From a virus (Duplodnaviria; Caudoviricetes): a DNA stretch of 51,266 nt. A model generated the notes under the pieces. It was given only the letters and a program-made list of their open reading frames with translations, ran no database searches and was not told the origin of the DNA. Below are positions 16,662 to 25,929 of the stretch, piece after piece. The number at the start of each line of letters is the position of its first letter. Position 1 is the stretch's first letter. Both the position numbers and the translations under genes were made by a program. The DNA lies in the IMG/VR virus record IMGVR_UViG_3300033407_000023, positions 1-51,266 of that record. One strand, 5' to 3'.

Positions 16662-17117
16662 ATGACGAAGTTTATGAAATTCCTAGAATGGCGGGCGTGG
16701 ATGGCTAAAGATATCGATCCCGCAGAAGTTGTTACCTGTCCGGTTTGTGAAGGTGAGGGAACATTCATTGAGACATGTTCGCAGTGTGACGGCGAAAAAG
16801 ACGTTGATTGTGAAGTGTGCGGCCAGGAAGGGACAGTAGTTTTCGGGGAGCTATCCAAAGAGCTCCAGGCCAAATGCTTTTCTTTTCGGGATTATCAGCA
16901 ACGTCTTATCGAGGACATTGAATTGCTCCAGAACTGGAGTGATAACCCTATCAATCTTTTTGCTGATTTGCGCCGGATTGGCTATGTCGGTTATCAGACC
17001 ATCAAGGACCGTGAAATAGGGCTATTGGATATTTCTAATGGCGGATCCCGTGTCTCACGATTTTTTCTTAAATATGCGCCACGTAATTATCGAGAATGCT
17101 CGGATCAAGGCCACTGA
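16662..17117 (+). CDS. Zinc-finger protein (DnaJ-like CxxCxGxG repeats)
   Basis: CPVCEGEG, CSQCDGEK, CEVCGQEG. Confidence 0.7.
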   Translation: MTKFMKFLEWRAWMAKDIDPAEVVTCPVCEGEGTFIETCSQCDGEKDVDCEVCGQEGTVVFGELSKELQAKCFSFRDYQQRLIEDIELLQNWSDNPINLFADLRRIGYVGYQTIKDREIGLLDISNGGSRVSRFFLKYAPRNYRECSDQGH

Positions 17118-17716
17118 CAACCGAAGAGGCCCAGCTCTTAAAGGGGTTATTCATCGGCAAAATGGCGGTCAGGAACCTGGCTCTTTTTGTCTTTGGGGCG
17201 AATACAGGATTCAGGATCACCGAGCTGCTCAGTCTGCGGCTCGGTGATGTGCTGGAAGAGGGTGGCAAAGTTAAGGATCGGATTACGGTGAGCAGGCGGT
17301 TTATGAAGGGTAAACGGAGTTCGCGGAATGTGGTGTTAAACGAATATGCCCAAAAAGGCTTGGTGCCGTGGCTTGTTGTTCTGCGGGAGTCTGATGTCAT
17401 TCATAAGGATGATTTTATTTTCCGGAGCTACGGTCACGGCAACAAGGCCATCGGCAGGGTTCAGGCCTGGAAGATTTTGACCAAAGCCTACAAGGCCGGT
17501 GGGTTAACCGGAAAACTCGGCACCCATGCCATGCGCAAGACGTTTGCCAATAATGTTTACCGGGATCTCTTAGAGAAAGTCGCCGCGGGCGAGCCTATAG
17601 ACGCTTTCAGGTCAATTTCCAAGGCGCTGGGGCATAAAGATATAAAAAGCACGGATCAGTACTTGAGCTTTCTCACTACCGATATTGACGAGACGATTAA
17701 AAGGGTTGGGGTATGA
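17096..17716 (+). CDS. Tyrosine recombinase, catalytic domain only
   Basis: TGFRITE, MKGK, HAMRK, LGH...QY motifs in 206 aa; no core-binding or arm domain. Confidence 0.88.
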   Translation: MLGSRPLTTEEAQLLKGLFIGKMAVRNLALFVFGANTGFRITELLSLRLGDVLEEGGKVKDRITVSRRFMKGKRSSRNVVLNEYAQKGLVPWLVVLRESDVIHKDDFIFRSYGHGNKAIGRVQAWKILTKAYKAGGLTGKLGTHAMRKTFANNVYRDLLEKVAAGEPIDAFRSISKALGHKDIKSTDQYLSFLTTDIDETIKRVGV

Positions 17717-17913
17717 AATCTGACTTAGAAGCAGTGCTTATAACCGTGCCGGATCTTATGACGCGGTGGAGCAAGAGCCGGAAATCAATTTATCGTCTGA
17801 TCGCCAATTATCGAACTATCCTCTGTCCGGTCAAGATCGGCCGGGATTATCGCTTTGAGCCGGATAAAGTGAGGTTGTTTGAGTCTCAGATGCGAGTTGT
17901 TGAGGAGGATTGA
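17713..17913 (+). CDS. Excisionase/AlpA-like HTH protein
   Basis: LITVPDLMTRWSKSRKSIYRL...VKIGRDYRF; ATGA overlap with the recombinase. Confidence 0.75.
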   Translation: MKSDLEAVLITVPDLMTRWSKSRKSIYRLIANYRTILCPVKIGRDYRFEPDKVRLFESQMRVVEED

Positions 17914-18020
17914 TAGAGAAATTTTTAGGATACTTATGCAGCAATACACCAAGAGATTAACAGCATATGGAAATATGGAAGCATCTTGATGAATTGAGAA
18001 ACAAGAAGGGGAACTAAACA

Positions 18021-18431
18021 ATGGAATGCGCATGTATCAACGTCGCCCACAGCGGATCGAAGCCGATAGACTCTATGGTTATCCCTGGAGTGCGGGCAAA
18101 AAGAAATGAGTTGTGTGATGAGTGCCTGGAGGAAATTGCAGCAGGTGAGAGGTTTGAAAAAACTTTGGTTCAGTGGGACTTGATAGAAGGAAGGCACACG
18201 TACAGAATGTGTCTTGATTGCCAGTCACTCCGCGAGGCTTTTTTCTGTAACGGCTATATCGTCAACCGGCTGCACGAAAGTCTATGGGAACATGTGGTCG
18301 ATACCGATGGAGAGGTTTTGGAGGCGTGTCTTGCCAGCCTGACTCCTCGTGCCCTGGCTATGATCTGCGTGCTGATCGAAGAGATGTGGGAGGGCTTCCC
18401 GGAAATTATGTGGAGTGCCGGTCATGAGTGA
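18021..18431 (+). CDS. Hypothetical Cys-rich phage protein
   Basis: CDEC...CLDC metal-binding pairs; AAGGGG Shine-Dalgarno. Confidence 0.7.
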   Translation: MECACINVAHSGSKPIDSMVIPGVRAKRNELCDECLEEIAAGERFEKTLVQWDLIEGRHTYRMCLDCQSLREAFFCNGYIVNRLHESLWEHVVDTDGEVLEACLASLTPRALAMICVLIEEMWEGFPEIMWSAGHE

Positions 18432-18819
18432 TGAGAGGCCGGTTTTTGCTCGGTGGAGATATCCTTTTGCTAAAATAGAGGGCAAAAAAATTCTGATTGT
18501 TGAGTTTTTTGAGGCTCGCCATTGGCGGATACGGCATGGAATGAAGGTTTTCCCTTCCCTTAAAGATTGGGGCGGGGAGGAAGTAGACTGGTCTCAGATG
18601 TACCGCCTGCGAATAAACGGCAAATGGTTCGGGCCAAAGAAATTAAGCTTTTTCACCGTGGTGCAGGCTGCAAGAATTGTCACTCGCATATTGCATAATG
18701 GGAAAATAACAGATTGTGCCGCTATCGAGATGATAAGGGCCAAAAATGGCGATGTATTCAGCGTGACCGACGATCCGGTGTGCGTTCTGCCGGATGGTTC
18801 GGACATAAGGTTTAACTGA
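18424..18819 (+). CDS. Hypothetical phage protein
   Basis: ATG overlaps the upstream stop (translational coupling). Confidence 0.65.
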   Translation: MSDERPVFARWRYPFAKIEGKKILIVEFFEARHWRIRHGMKVFPSLKDWGGEEVDWSQMYRLRINGKWFGPKKLSFFTVVQAARIVTRILHNGKITDCAAIEMIRAKNGDVFSVTDDPVCVLPDGSDIRFN

Positions 18820-18821
18820 TC

Positions 18822-19010
18822 ATGGCCTTTAAGCTGGTTCGTCCAAAAAAGTCCTACGATGAGGTGGTTTGCAAGCTGCAAAGGGATGCCTTTATGACCA
18901 AGAAATGGTGTCTCTATGCTCAGTACAACGAGTTGTGTCACGGCTGTCCAGAGAATCAAGGTTGGGTGAAGAGTAGATATCAAACTGAAAAAGAAAGCAA
19001 GAAATTATGA
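18822..19010 (+). CDS. Small Cys-containing hypothetical protein
   Basis: Tightly packed between its neighbours; CHGC motif. Confidence 0.6.
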   Translation: MAFKLVRPKKSYDEVVCKLQRDAFMTKKWCLYAQYNELCHGCPENQGWVKSRYQTEKESKKL

Positions 19011-20041
19011 AATCAGGAAATTGGGTACCACTCTCCAAGGCATTAGTAAATTCGTTACCAAGAGATCGTCCTTTTACCGAGCTTGAGGCCATGTTTTCGT
19101 TGCAGGTTGACTATGATTGTAATCGCCCGTGTACTGTCAGAGGTTTTTCAACCAGGTGGCAGTGGTCAAGAAATAAGGTGCTCCATTTTTTAAAGAAACA
19201 TGGCGTTTTTATTGAGTTTGAAGGCGCTAAAAATCAATTTCGTCAGGGCAAAATAAGGGTAAAAAAAAGGGCCAGCAACGATACCAGCGACGATACCGGC
19301 AAAGGGCCAGCAATAGGGCCAGCAGCAGGGCCAGCATTCGGGCCAGCAATGATACCAGCAAGATTTATAGATTACAGGCACTTACAAGATACAGCGATAC
19401 CAGCGGCGATACCAGCAATGAGCCAGCAAAAAGGCCAGCAAGAAGACCAGCAAAGGGCCAGCAACGATACCAGCGAAGGGAACCAACTAAAGATCCTAGA
19501 TCCTATAAAAGATAAAAAGATATCTCCAGCCGATGCTGGAGGAGGTGGTCGGCTGGAAGATTTTTACACGACAAAAAGACGGCGGCAGCTGAAAGGGGAA
19601 AGGCTGGCTGGTTTTGCGCTGTTCTGGGATGCTTTTGGCTACAAGGAGGGCAAGGCAGATGCGGCGGACGCCTGGTTGAATTTGAAGAATTATTCGAGCG
19701 AGCTGGTCGGCAGGATTTTGGTTGCCGCAAAAAGAGAAGCGGCGGGGAGACCGGCCAAGCGGTCGGCGAACAAGGTCCCGATCATGGCGCAGGGATGGTT
19801 GACCGGCAGACGTTGGGAGGATGAGCCTGAAGCGGTAGCGCTGGCTGGTACAGTGCGGGACTGTTTTGACTACTCGGCGCTGCAGGTTGGGCGGAGGGTC
19901 AGATGGAACGGCGGTGTCCATGTCATCGAAGAGGGTTTTGTTATTCGTCTGGATGATGGAGTGATGCCCCAGCAGGTCATCAAGAGTTTTTACCGTCGAG
20001 GGAAAATGACATTGGCGGATCAAGTCACTCAGGGAGCGTAG
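19007..20041 (+). CDS. Phage replication initiator (lambda O-like organisation)
   Basis: N-terminal wHTH-like domain (RGFSTRWQWSRNKV), central repeat linker, C-terminal FALFWDAF...QGWLTGRRWEDE. Confidence 0.75.
   Translation: MKSGNWVPLSKALVNSLPRDRPFTELEAMFSLQVDYDCNRPCTVRGFSTRWQWSRNKVLHFLKKHGVFIEFEGAKNQFRQGKIRVKKRASNDTSDDTGKGPAIGPAAGPAFGPAMIPARFIDYRHLQDTAIPAAIPAMSQQKGQQEDQQRASNDTSEGNQLKILDPIKDKKISPADAGGGGRLEDFYTTKRRRQLKGERLAGFALFWDAFGYKEGKADAADAWLNLKNYSSELVGRILVAAKREAAGRPAKRSANKVPIMAQGWLTGRRWEDEPEAVALAGTVRDCFDYSALQVGRRVRWNGGVHVIEEGFVIRLDDGVMPQQVIKSFYRRGKMTLADQVTQGA
19268..19480 (+). repeat. Iteron array, putative phage origin of replication
   Basis: About 15 copies of (GG/TA)CCAGC(A/G) at about 12-bp period in two blocks separated by an AT-richer spacer, inside the initiator gene. 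Confidence 0.75.
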
Positions 20042-20048
20042 AATCGAG

Positions 20049-20420
20049 ATGAAAAAAAGCGAGATTGTGAAAAAAGGAGAACCAACCAGGATAGTCGAAG
20101 AGCCGGTTATGTTGAACGGACGGAGGCGGGATGGGCTGGTTATTTTGTGCAATAACGGTCGTCAGTATACTGGGGACCAGTTGGCCGATTTGAAGGGGAT
20201 GAGGTGGCCGTCGCTGTACGAACGGATTCTGCGGGAGGGTTGGGATGGGGAAGATGTGTTGCGTTGTAAGGGTGAAAAGAAAAAGCTGAAGAAAGCAAAA
20301 AAGATTATTAAGGCTGCTCCGTCAGATGTTGATGTAACGCTGCTTGGCAAAGGAGAGCGGCGGCAGAGGCTTGAAATGATCAAAGGGCCTTCCGCTTTTG
20401 AGCGCTCTTTTTTAGCTTAG
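20049..20420 (+). CDS. Hypothetical basic HTH-like phage protein
   Basis: QLADLKGMRWPSLYERILREGW HTH-like segment. Confidence 0.65.
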   Translation: MKKSEIVKKGEPTRIVEEPVMLNGRRRDGLVILCNNGRQYTGDQLADLKGMRWPSLYERILREGWDGEDVLRCKGEKKKLKKAKKIIKAAPSDVDVTLLGKGERRQRLEMIKGPSAFERSFLA

Positions 20421-20431
20421 GGGGATTGGGG

Positions 20432-22288
20432 ATGAACAAAGCAAATAAAAATTATTTTATGAACACTCACAAAGGTCCGTTGCTGATTGATTACTTTGCC
20501 GGGGGAGGCGGCGGTAGTCTTGGCATGGAGCAGGCGTGGGGCAGGCCGGTGGATATAGCCATCAACCATAATCCTGAAGCGATTATTATGCATAAAGCCA
20601 ATCATCCCACAACCAAACACTATCAGGAGGATGTTTTTAAACGGCATCCCCTGGCTATTACCCAGGGCAGAAGGGTGGCTCATGCTCACTTTTCTCCCGA
20701 TTGCACCCATCATTCAAAAGCCAAGGGCGGAACTCCTGTTTCCAATAAGCGGCGGGGTTTGGCCTGGATTGTCAGAGATGTGGCTACCTGGTGCAGGCCG
20801 GATCTTATCACCCTGGAAAATGTTCCCGAATTCGAGAATTGGGGGCCGCTGTGTCCAATGCTTGATGCGGCCGGCAATGTTAAAAGGGACAAAAATAACG
20901 AGATAATGATGGTGCCTGATCCTTACCGAGCCGGGGAAATATTTTACGAGTGGGGCAATCAGCTGAAAAGACTTGGTTATGATCTGGACTGGCGGGTATT
21001 GAAGTGTTGCGACTATGGGGCACCTACGATCCGGGAGAGATTGTTTCTTGTGGCCCGCTGTGACGGGGTGCCGATAGAGTGGGCCGAACCGACCCACGGG
21101 CCGGGCAGGAAACCGTATAGGACCGCTGCAGAGTGTATAGACTGGTCGATACCCTGCCATAGTATTTTTCTCACACCTGATCAGGTGAAAGAGCAGAAAC
21201 TTAATATTCGCAGACCACTTAAGCCCAATACATTAAAGCGGATTGCAAGAGGTGTGCAGCGGTTTGTTATCGATTCACCGGATCCATTTTTCATTTCCTA
21301 CTATGGGCCGAAAGGAGAAAATCATTTCAGAGGATTCAGGCTTGGCGATCAGGTACCTACCCAGACGACTGAGAACCGCTTTGGATTTATTGCTCCGTAT
21401 ATTGTTCCTTTAACCCACCATGGGAAGCGTGAGAGTCACGATATCCAAGAACCTGTTAAGACAATTACCTGTGCAAATCGGAGTGAGCTTGGATTGATCG
21501 CTCCGTATATTGTTCCTATCGCAAATTATAATGGTGATGTAACCGCACACAACGTTGATGAGCCACTAAGAACTGTCACTGCCAACCCCAAAGGAGGAGC
21601 ATTCTCGGTTGTAATCCCCCATGTAAGCCGACAGTTTGGACAGGGGATCGGCAGTAAATGTGATGCACCGATTGGGAGTATCACTGCTGGTGGTATGGGG
21701 AAAGCGGCATTGGTGGAAACATTTCTGGTTACGCATAATAGCAGGTCCGGCGCGGGGCGGTCTGTAGAAAAGCCTGCTGCTTCTATCACATGTAAAGAAA
21801 AACATGCTGTCACTCTGGTCAGTTCTCATTTGGTCGAGTTGCGTGGAAGCAATAAGGACGGTCGTCCGGTCAAGATGCCTGTAGCTGCTGTTATGGCGGG
21901 AGGGCAGCATGTAGGAGAAGTCAGGGCATTTCTTACTCAATATAACAGTTTAAATATCGGGCAGGATCTTAAGAGCCCAGCTATTTCGATTACCACCAGG
22001 GATCGGCTCGGATTGGTCACAGTGCATGGGCTGCAGTATCAAATAGTTGACATCTGTATGCGGATGCTCTCACCGAGGGAATTGTTCAGGGCACAGGATT
22101 TCCCCGACACCTATGTCATTGACCCCAAATATCGGCAAAGGGATAAGCAAACCGGCAAGTATAAAATCAAGACCCTGAGCAAGACAGCACAGGTGAATAT
22201 GTGCGGGAATTCTGTTCCTCCAGGAACGTTGAAATCTGTGATTTTGGCGAATATCCCGGTAGAGGTTTCTAATAGGATGGCTGTTTAA
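20432..22288 (+). CDS. DNA cytosine-C5 methyltransferase (phage-encoded)
   Basis: DYFAGGGG (motif I), SPDC (IV), LENV (VI), RERLF (VIII), GNSV (X); long repeated TRD region. Confidence 0.93.
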   Translation: MNKANKNYFMNTHKGPLLIDYFAGGGGGSLGMEQAWGRPVDIAINHNPEAIIMHKANHPTTKHYQEDVFKRHPLAITQGRRVAHAHFSPDCTHHSKAKGGTPVSNKRRGLAWIVRDVATWCRPDLITLENVPEFENWGPLCPMLDAAGNVKRDKNNEIMMVPDPYRAGEIFYEWGNQLKRLGYDLDWRVLKCCDYGAPTIRERLFLVARCDGVPIEWAEPTHGPGRKPYRTAAECIDWSIPCHSIFLTPDQVKEQKLNIRRPLKPNTLKRIARGVQRFVIDSPDPFFISYYGPKGENHFRGFRLGDQVPTQTTENRFGFIAPYIVPLTHHGKRESHDIQEPVKTITCANRSELGLIAPYIVPIANYNGDVTAHNVDEPLRTVTANPKGGAFSVVIPHVSRQFGQGIGSKCDAPIGSITAGGMGKAALVETFLVTHNSRSGAGRSVEKPAASITCKEKHAVTLVSSHLVELRGSNKDGRPVKMPVAAVMAGGQHVGEVRAFLTQYNSLNIGQDLKSPAISITTRDRLGLVTVHGLQYQIVDICMRMLSPRELFRAQDFPDTYVIDPKYRQRDKQTGKYKIKTLSKTAQVNMCGNSVPPGTLKSVILANIPVEVSNRMAV

Positions 22289-22528
22289 AATTGGAGCGGT
22301 GGCAATGACCATGAAAACAAAGATGAAGTCGGATCATTGAAATCTTTTTTGTACATGTTGTGTTTCAGATTAAAGTTGTGCTAAAATTGACTCAAATGTG
22401 AATCGTTGTTATTAATATTTATTAACCGTTGTTATCGAAAATTATTGACAGAATACTGAATATTTATTACGGACTGTGCGTCAAGAGCGAAAAAAATGAA
22501 TAATTATTCACTTAAGAGGAGGTTAGCT

Positions 22529-22699
22529 ATGGCTCTACCAATTGCAGCAACCCCCGTGCTTGAAGGTGAAGCTGCTAAGATATTTTTCGCCAAAATCGAA
22601 TCCAACCTTAAAAGACCTTCACGGCTTATTGATACGCCTAATCTAGGGAAGGCTAAAGAGCTCATAAGAGAGTATGCCGCCAAAAGGAGACAGGAATAG
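22529..22699 (+). CDS. Putative antitoxin of a GNAT toxin-antitoxin pair
   Basis: AGGAGG Shine-Dalgarno; 56 aa MALPIAATPVLEGEAA...; overlaps the GNAT gene. Confidence 0.65.
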   Translation: MALPIAATPVLEGEAAKIFFAKIESNLKRPSRLIDTPNLGKAKELIREYAAKRRQE

Positions 22700-23281
22700 T
22701 CTTTGTGTTGATGATTGGGAATTGAGAAAACTCGATGAAGATTCTCATCGTGAATTTCTAAGCCAATTTGATTGCGGCAATTCAGATCTTAACGAATATT
22801 TCAAGCGCGATGCATTGCTCAGCCGTGAGCATTTAATCGGACAAATTTACTGTTTGACATTTAAGGCCACTGAGGAAGGAGTTCCTATCCCAGTGGCCTT
22901 AATTGATTTCTGCAATGATGCGGTACGAAAGAAAGCATCAAAAAGATCCCCTGGTTATGATCAGCTAGAATCATTCAGCTTGGATGACACTAAGCGGTAT
23001 CCTACTCTTCCTGCCGTAAAGATTTCGAGATTGGTGTCATGAGAGAGTTCAGAGGACACGGTGTAGGAACCAACCTTTTAAATATGGTAAAAAGGTTATT
23101 TGTGACAGAAAACAGAACAGGTTGTAGATTTATTACCGTAGACGCATATAACGATCCTGAAGTATTGACCTTTTATCAAAAAAATGATTTTGATTTTTTT
23201 TATGATAAAGATAGCCGGAACCTTACTAGAGCTATGTGGTACGATTTAAAACGTCTACAGCTTACTGGAGAATTTGCTTAG
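22674..23281 (+). pseudogene. GNAT acetyltransferase toxin, frameshifted near 23032
   Basis: FDCGNSDLNEYF...PAVKISRL then, in another frame, (G)VMREFRGHGVG...GCRFITVDAY...FYQKNDF; one added base restores a single ORF. Confidence 0.8.
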
Positions 23282-23336
23282 CAGTCCATGTGCTCACTGG
23301 AGTTGATCAGGTGAGGGCAAAGAGGAGATTTGATGA

Positions 23337-23894
23337 ATGAAGCTCAGGAGCGCTTTGAACAATGGATTCCTTTTTTTGGGCATAGGCTCGATCTTTATTG
23401 GAATGCTTAGAGGAGGAGACAATGTCGACTTTGTGGGTATTTTGCCCCTCGTCATCTTCTTTATCTTTTTTCGCATTAAGATGTGGCTTGACGATGCGGT
23501 ATATTTTAGTAGAGAAAAAAGGAAGAATGCCCTGTTTGACCTGGGTGTAATTTTCGCAATTGTAGCATGGTGTCTCTGGGCTGTGGCTGGGTACACAATA
23601 ACCACCCCGGCTACGAGTTATCTTATTCTCATGTGGGCTTTGTTGGTGCTGGTGGCGTGGATCTTAGCAGATGCACTTCATAATAAATGTTTCGCTGAGA
23701 ACCGTAAGTACTTTATCCTGTTGAATCTCATTTACACTGCGGTTCTATGGGTAATGAGTACAGACACAGTCATACTTCCATTCCCGAAGACAGCGCTTGG
23801 CTGGTTGCTCGTTGCTGGTACTTTAATCGACTTCCTCTTCCATGGATCTCTAAAAAACTTTGAAGAAGAGTTTGATGAAAGGAAACAATATTGA
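23337..23894 (+). CDS. Multi-pass membrane protein (moron-like cargo)
   Basis: About 6 hydrophobic segments; GAGGAG Shine-Dalgarno. Confidence 0.75.
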   Translation: MKLRSALNNGFLFLGIGSIFIGMLRGGDNVDFVGILPLVIFFIFFRIKMWLDDAVYFSREKRKNALFDLGVIFAIVAWCLWAVAGYTITTPATSYLILMWALLVLVAWILADALHNKCFAENRKYFILLNLIYTAVLWVMSTDTVILPFPKTALGWLLVAGTLIDFLFHGSLKNFEEEFDERKQY

Positions 23895-24051
23895 AGGTGA
23901 AGGGTGCAAGTCTGCTTTTGACCATTGAATGGAGGAAAGCTGCATGGGCAGAGAGAGTTTGCTAGCTTCCGCTGCCCCGATTGAAGTGTTATATCCTCAT
24001 CCGAAGAAATTTATTTTTGAAGTTAACCTTTTAGTTTGGCAAGTTTATTAG

Positions 24052-24250
24052 CAAAACAAAGGATCACAAAACAAAGGAGTCCAAAACAATGGGCCAGGTC
24101 TTGAAATGGAATATTGTGAACATAGCAGCCGTACGGCAGCAATTCCTGTTGAATTTAAATATGATATTTCAAGACCTGGCCCTATTGTTTGCACTATTGT
24201 TTGCATGGCCCTATTGTTTGCATTGTTTGTGAGACCTGGCCCCATTGTGC
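24052..24250. repeat. MITE-like element with 17-bp inverted repeats and stuttered flanks
   Basis: GGGCCAGGTCTTGAAAT (24091-24107)/ATTTCAAGACCTGGCCC (24166-24182); CAAAACAA x3 on the left; repeated (C)TATTGTTTG(CA) units and a further AGACCTGGCCCC on the right. Confidence 0.8.
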
Positions 24251-24274
24251 ATGCATAACTTTTCACAAGTCTGA

Positions 24275-24961
24275 TCAAGGTTTACATTTGGTGTAAAATG
24301 AAGCCTTTTCATGACCTTCTGTTACGTCTATCAAATAGGGGACAATAGAGCAACCATTATTGAACTTGATCGCATTTGCTTGATATACCTTTTGGTTATC
24401 TCTTCTGTATGCCTTTTCCATATCTGAATAACTATATCTTATACCATTTGGCCAGTCTTCACTTTTTTCAAGACTATTTAGAGTAAAAATCAATGAATTG
24501 CTACATATCGCCCTAGTCTGTCCTGGTTCCATAGCGAATTTTTGTCCATTTTTGATAACAACCAAAGGATCTGGTATAAGTAAATTATCTATTACAGGAA
24601 TTGAATCAGTCTCTTTTGACATACCTATTATGCTATTGAGTGTTTGAATAACACAACTTACGTACAATTGATATGCGGCTTGCTTGCCATCGTTTTCAGA
24701 AAATTGTTTCAATAGTTCTTCAACCCGTCCAATATCGAGACGGGTTTGACCCGTTGCTTCCACTCCACCCCCAAATATTCTAGTAATTTTGGCATCGACG
24801 TCGCCTTTTGCATCAATCGATAACCCTGCGCCACAAATAGCACCAACTGATCTAATGATAGAATAATCTACAGTGCTTAAACCGTTAGACATTTCAACCG
24901 CTTTTGCATTAACACTAGATACTAAGAACATAACTAATGCTAAATATATACGAGCCTTCAT
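24275..24961 (-). CDS. Secreted hypothetical protein
   Basis: Signal peptide MKARIYLALVMFLVSSVNAKA; AGGAG Shine-Dalgarno; AT-rich. Confidence 0.75.
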   Translation of the reverse strand: MKARIYLALVMFLVSSVNAKAVEMSNGLSTVDYSIIRSVGAICGAGLSIDAKGDVDAKITRIFGGGVEATGQTRLDIGRVEELLKQFSENDGKQAAYQLYVSCVIQTLNSIIGMSKETDSIPVIDNLLIPDPLVVIKNGQKFAMEPGQTRAICSNSLIFTLNSLEKSEDWPNGIRYSYSDMEKAYRRDNQKVYQANAIKFNNGCSIVPYLIDVTEGHEKASFYTKCKP

Positions 24962-25099
24962 AAAAATTCTCCTAAGTAAAAGTCAAAATTGTTAATGAGG
25001 ATGATTACATGCACGATCTATCTTGATGTTATATTGAAAGAAAAAGAAACACGCAGCAATTTTATTAATTTTCATAGCTATCGTTCTTAGTCAAACAAC

Positions 25100-25349
25100 A
25101 ACACAACCTGCGCCACGATTTATCCACGTTTGATTGCATCTTCTTAACTGGTTTTACTATGGAGGTTTTTCAAAAACCCCACTCGCCTTCAAGAGAAATC
25201 GTGCGGCAGTCATTCTTGGTGCTATGTGGGATGACTTTCGCAAAATGCACTGCAAATGTTTCTCGATTCAATTGATCGGCACTAGATTCATTTTCGGTAA
25301 TAGGTTGATTATTGTGATAGCCTCTTATTGGTGTATGCTCAGATAACAT
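25100..25349 (-). pseudogene. KAP-family P-loop NTPase N-terminal relic
   Basis: Translates MLSEHTP...DQLNRETFAVHFAKVI...TISLEGEWGF*KTSIV; TGA at 25170-25172 replaces the Walker A Gly. Confidence 0.7.
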
Positions 25350-25929
25350 ATGATTCTAATGTATTGGCTTGCTAACCAGTAATTCCGCAGATCTGTATAA
25401 TAACCAGGAATTGAGTGTTATACAGAAAGATGGCATCGATTTTCATAAACCTTGTCGATCATCCTCCGATGGTTAACATATATTCCAATAGATCATAACC
25501 GATGTAGCGGAAATCTGATAGAAAATACTTTCCGATTAATCTCGGAAACGCACACCCTTCGAGAATGGGATCGAATTATTAAGTTATTGTTTTTTACGCA
25601 TTCTTTTAATCAAATTACCCCCCATTCCTTTTCCTAACATTTCACTTGGCAACTGCCGGAGCGTTGCTTTTTGGCTCGAAAATGGATGGGCATAAAATGG
25701 GAAACAAAATTAGAAAACATCAACTCTGAGGGGGTTATGTCCTCTAGTGACCGCTATTTAAGGTTATTTTTCAGCTAGTTGAGGAATTTCTTTGCTTGTT
25801 CTGCAAAATATCGTACAACTATTGCAGACACAAAATCCCCAGTTTGAGTTAAATGGAGGTGCCAGCCGCCCAGAAACAGAGCATTATTTATGCTTGATAT
25901 TGGTTAGGGTCTATGATATAGGAAGGGTA

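Noticed and set aside
19496-20152. 218-aa ORF on the - strand
   Set aside because: Antisense to the replication initiator, with shadow-like Pro/Arg/Ser composition
24048-24278. CRISPR array or 76-aa ORF in the repeat cluster
   Set aside because: Repeats are irregular, partly inverted and lack unique equal-length spacers; no cas genes; the ORF is a translation of the repeats
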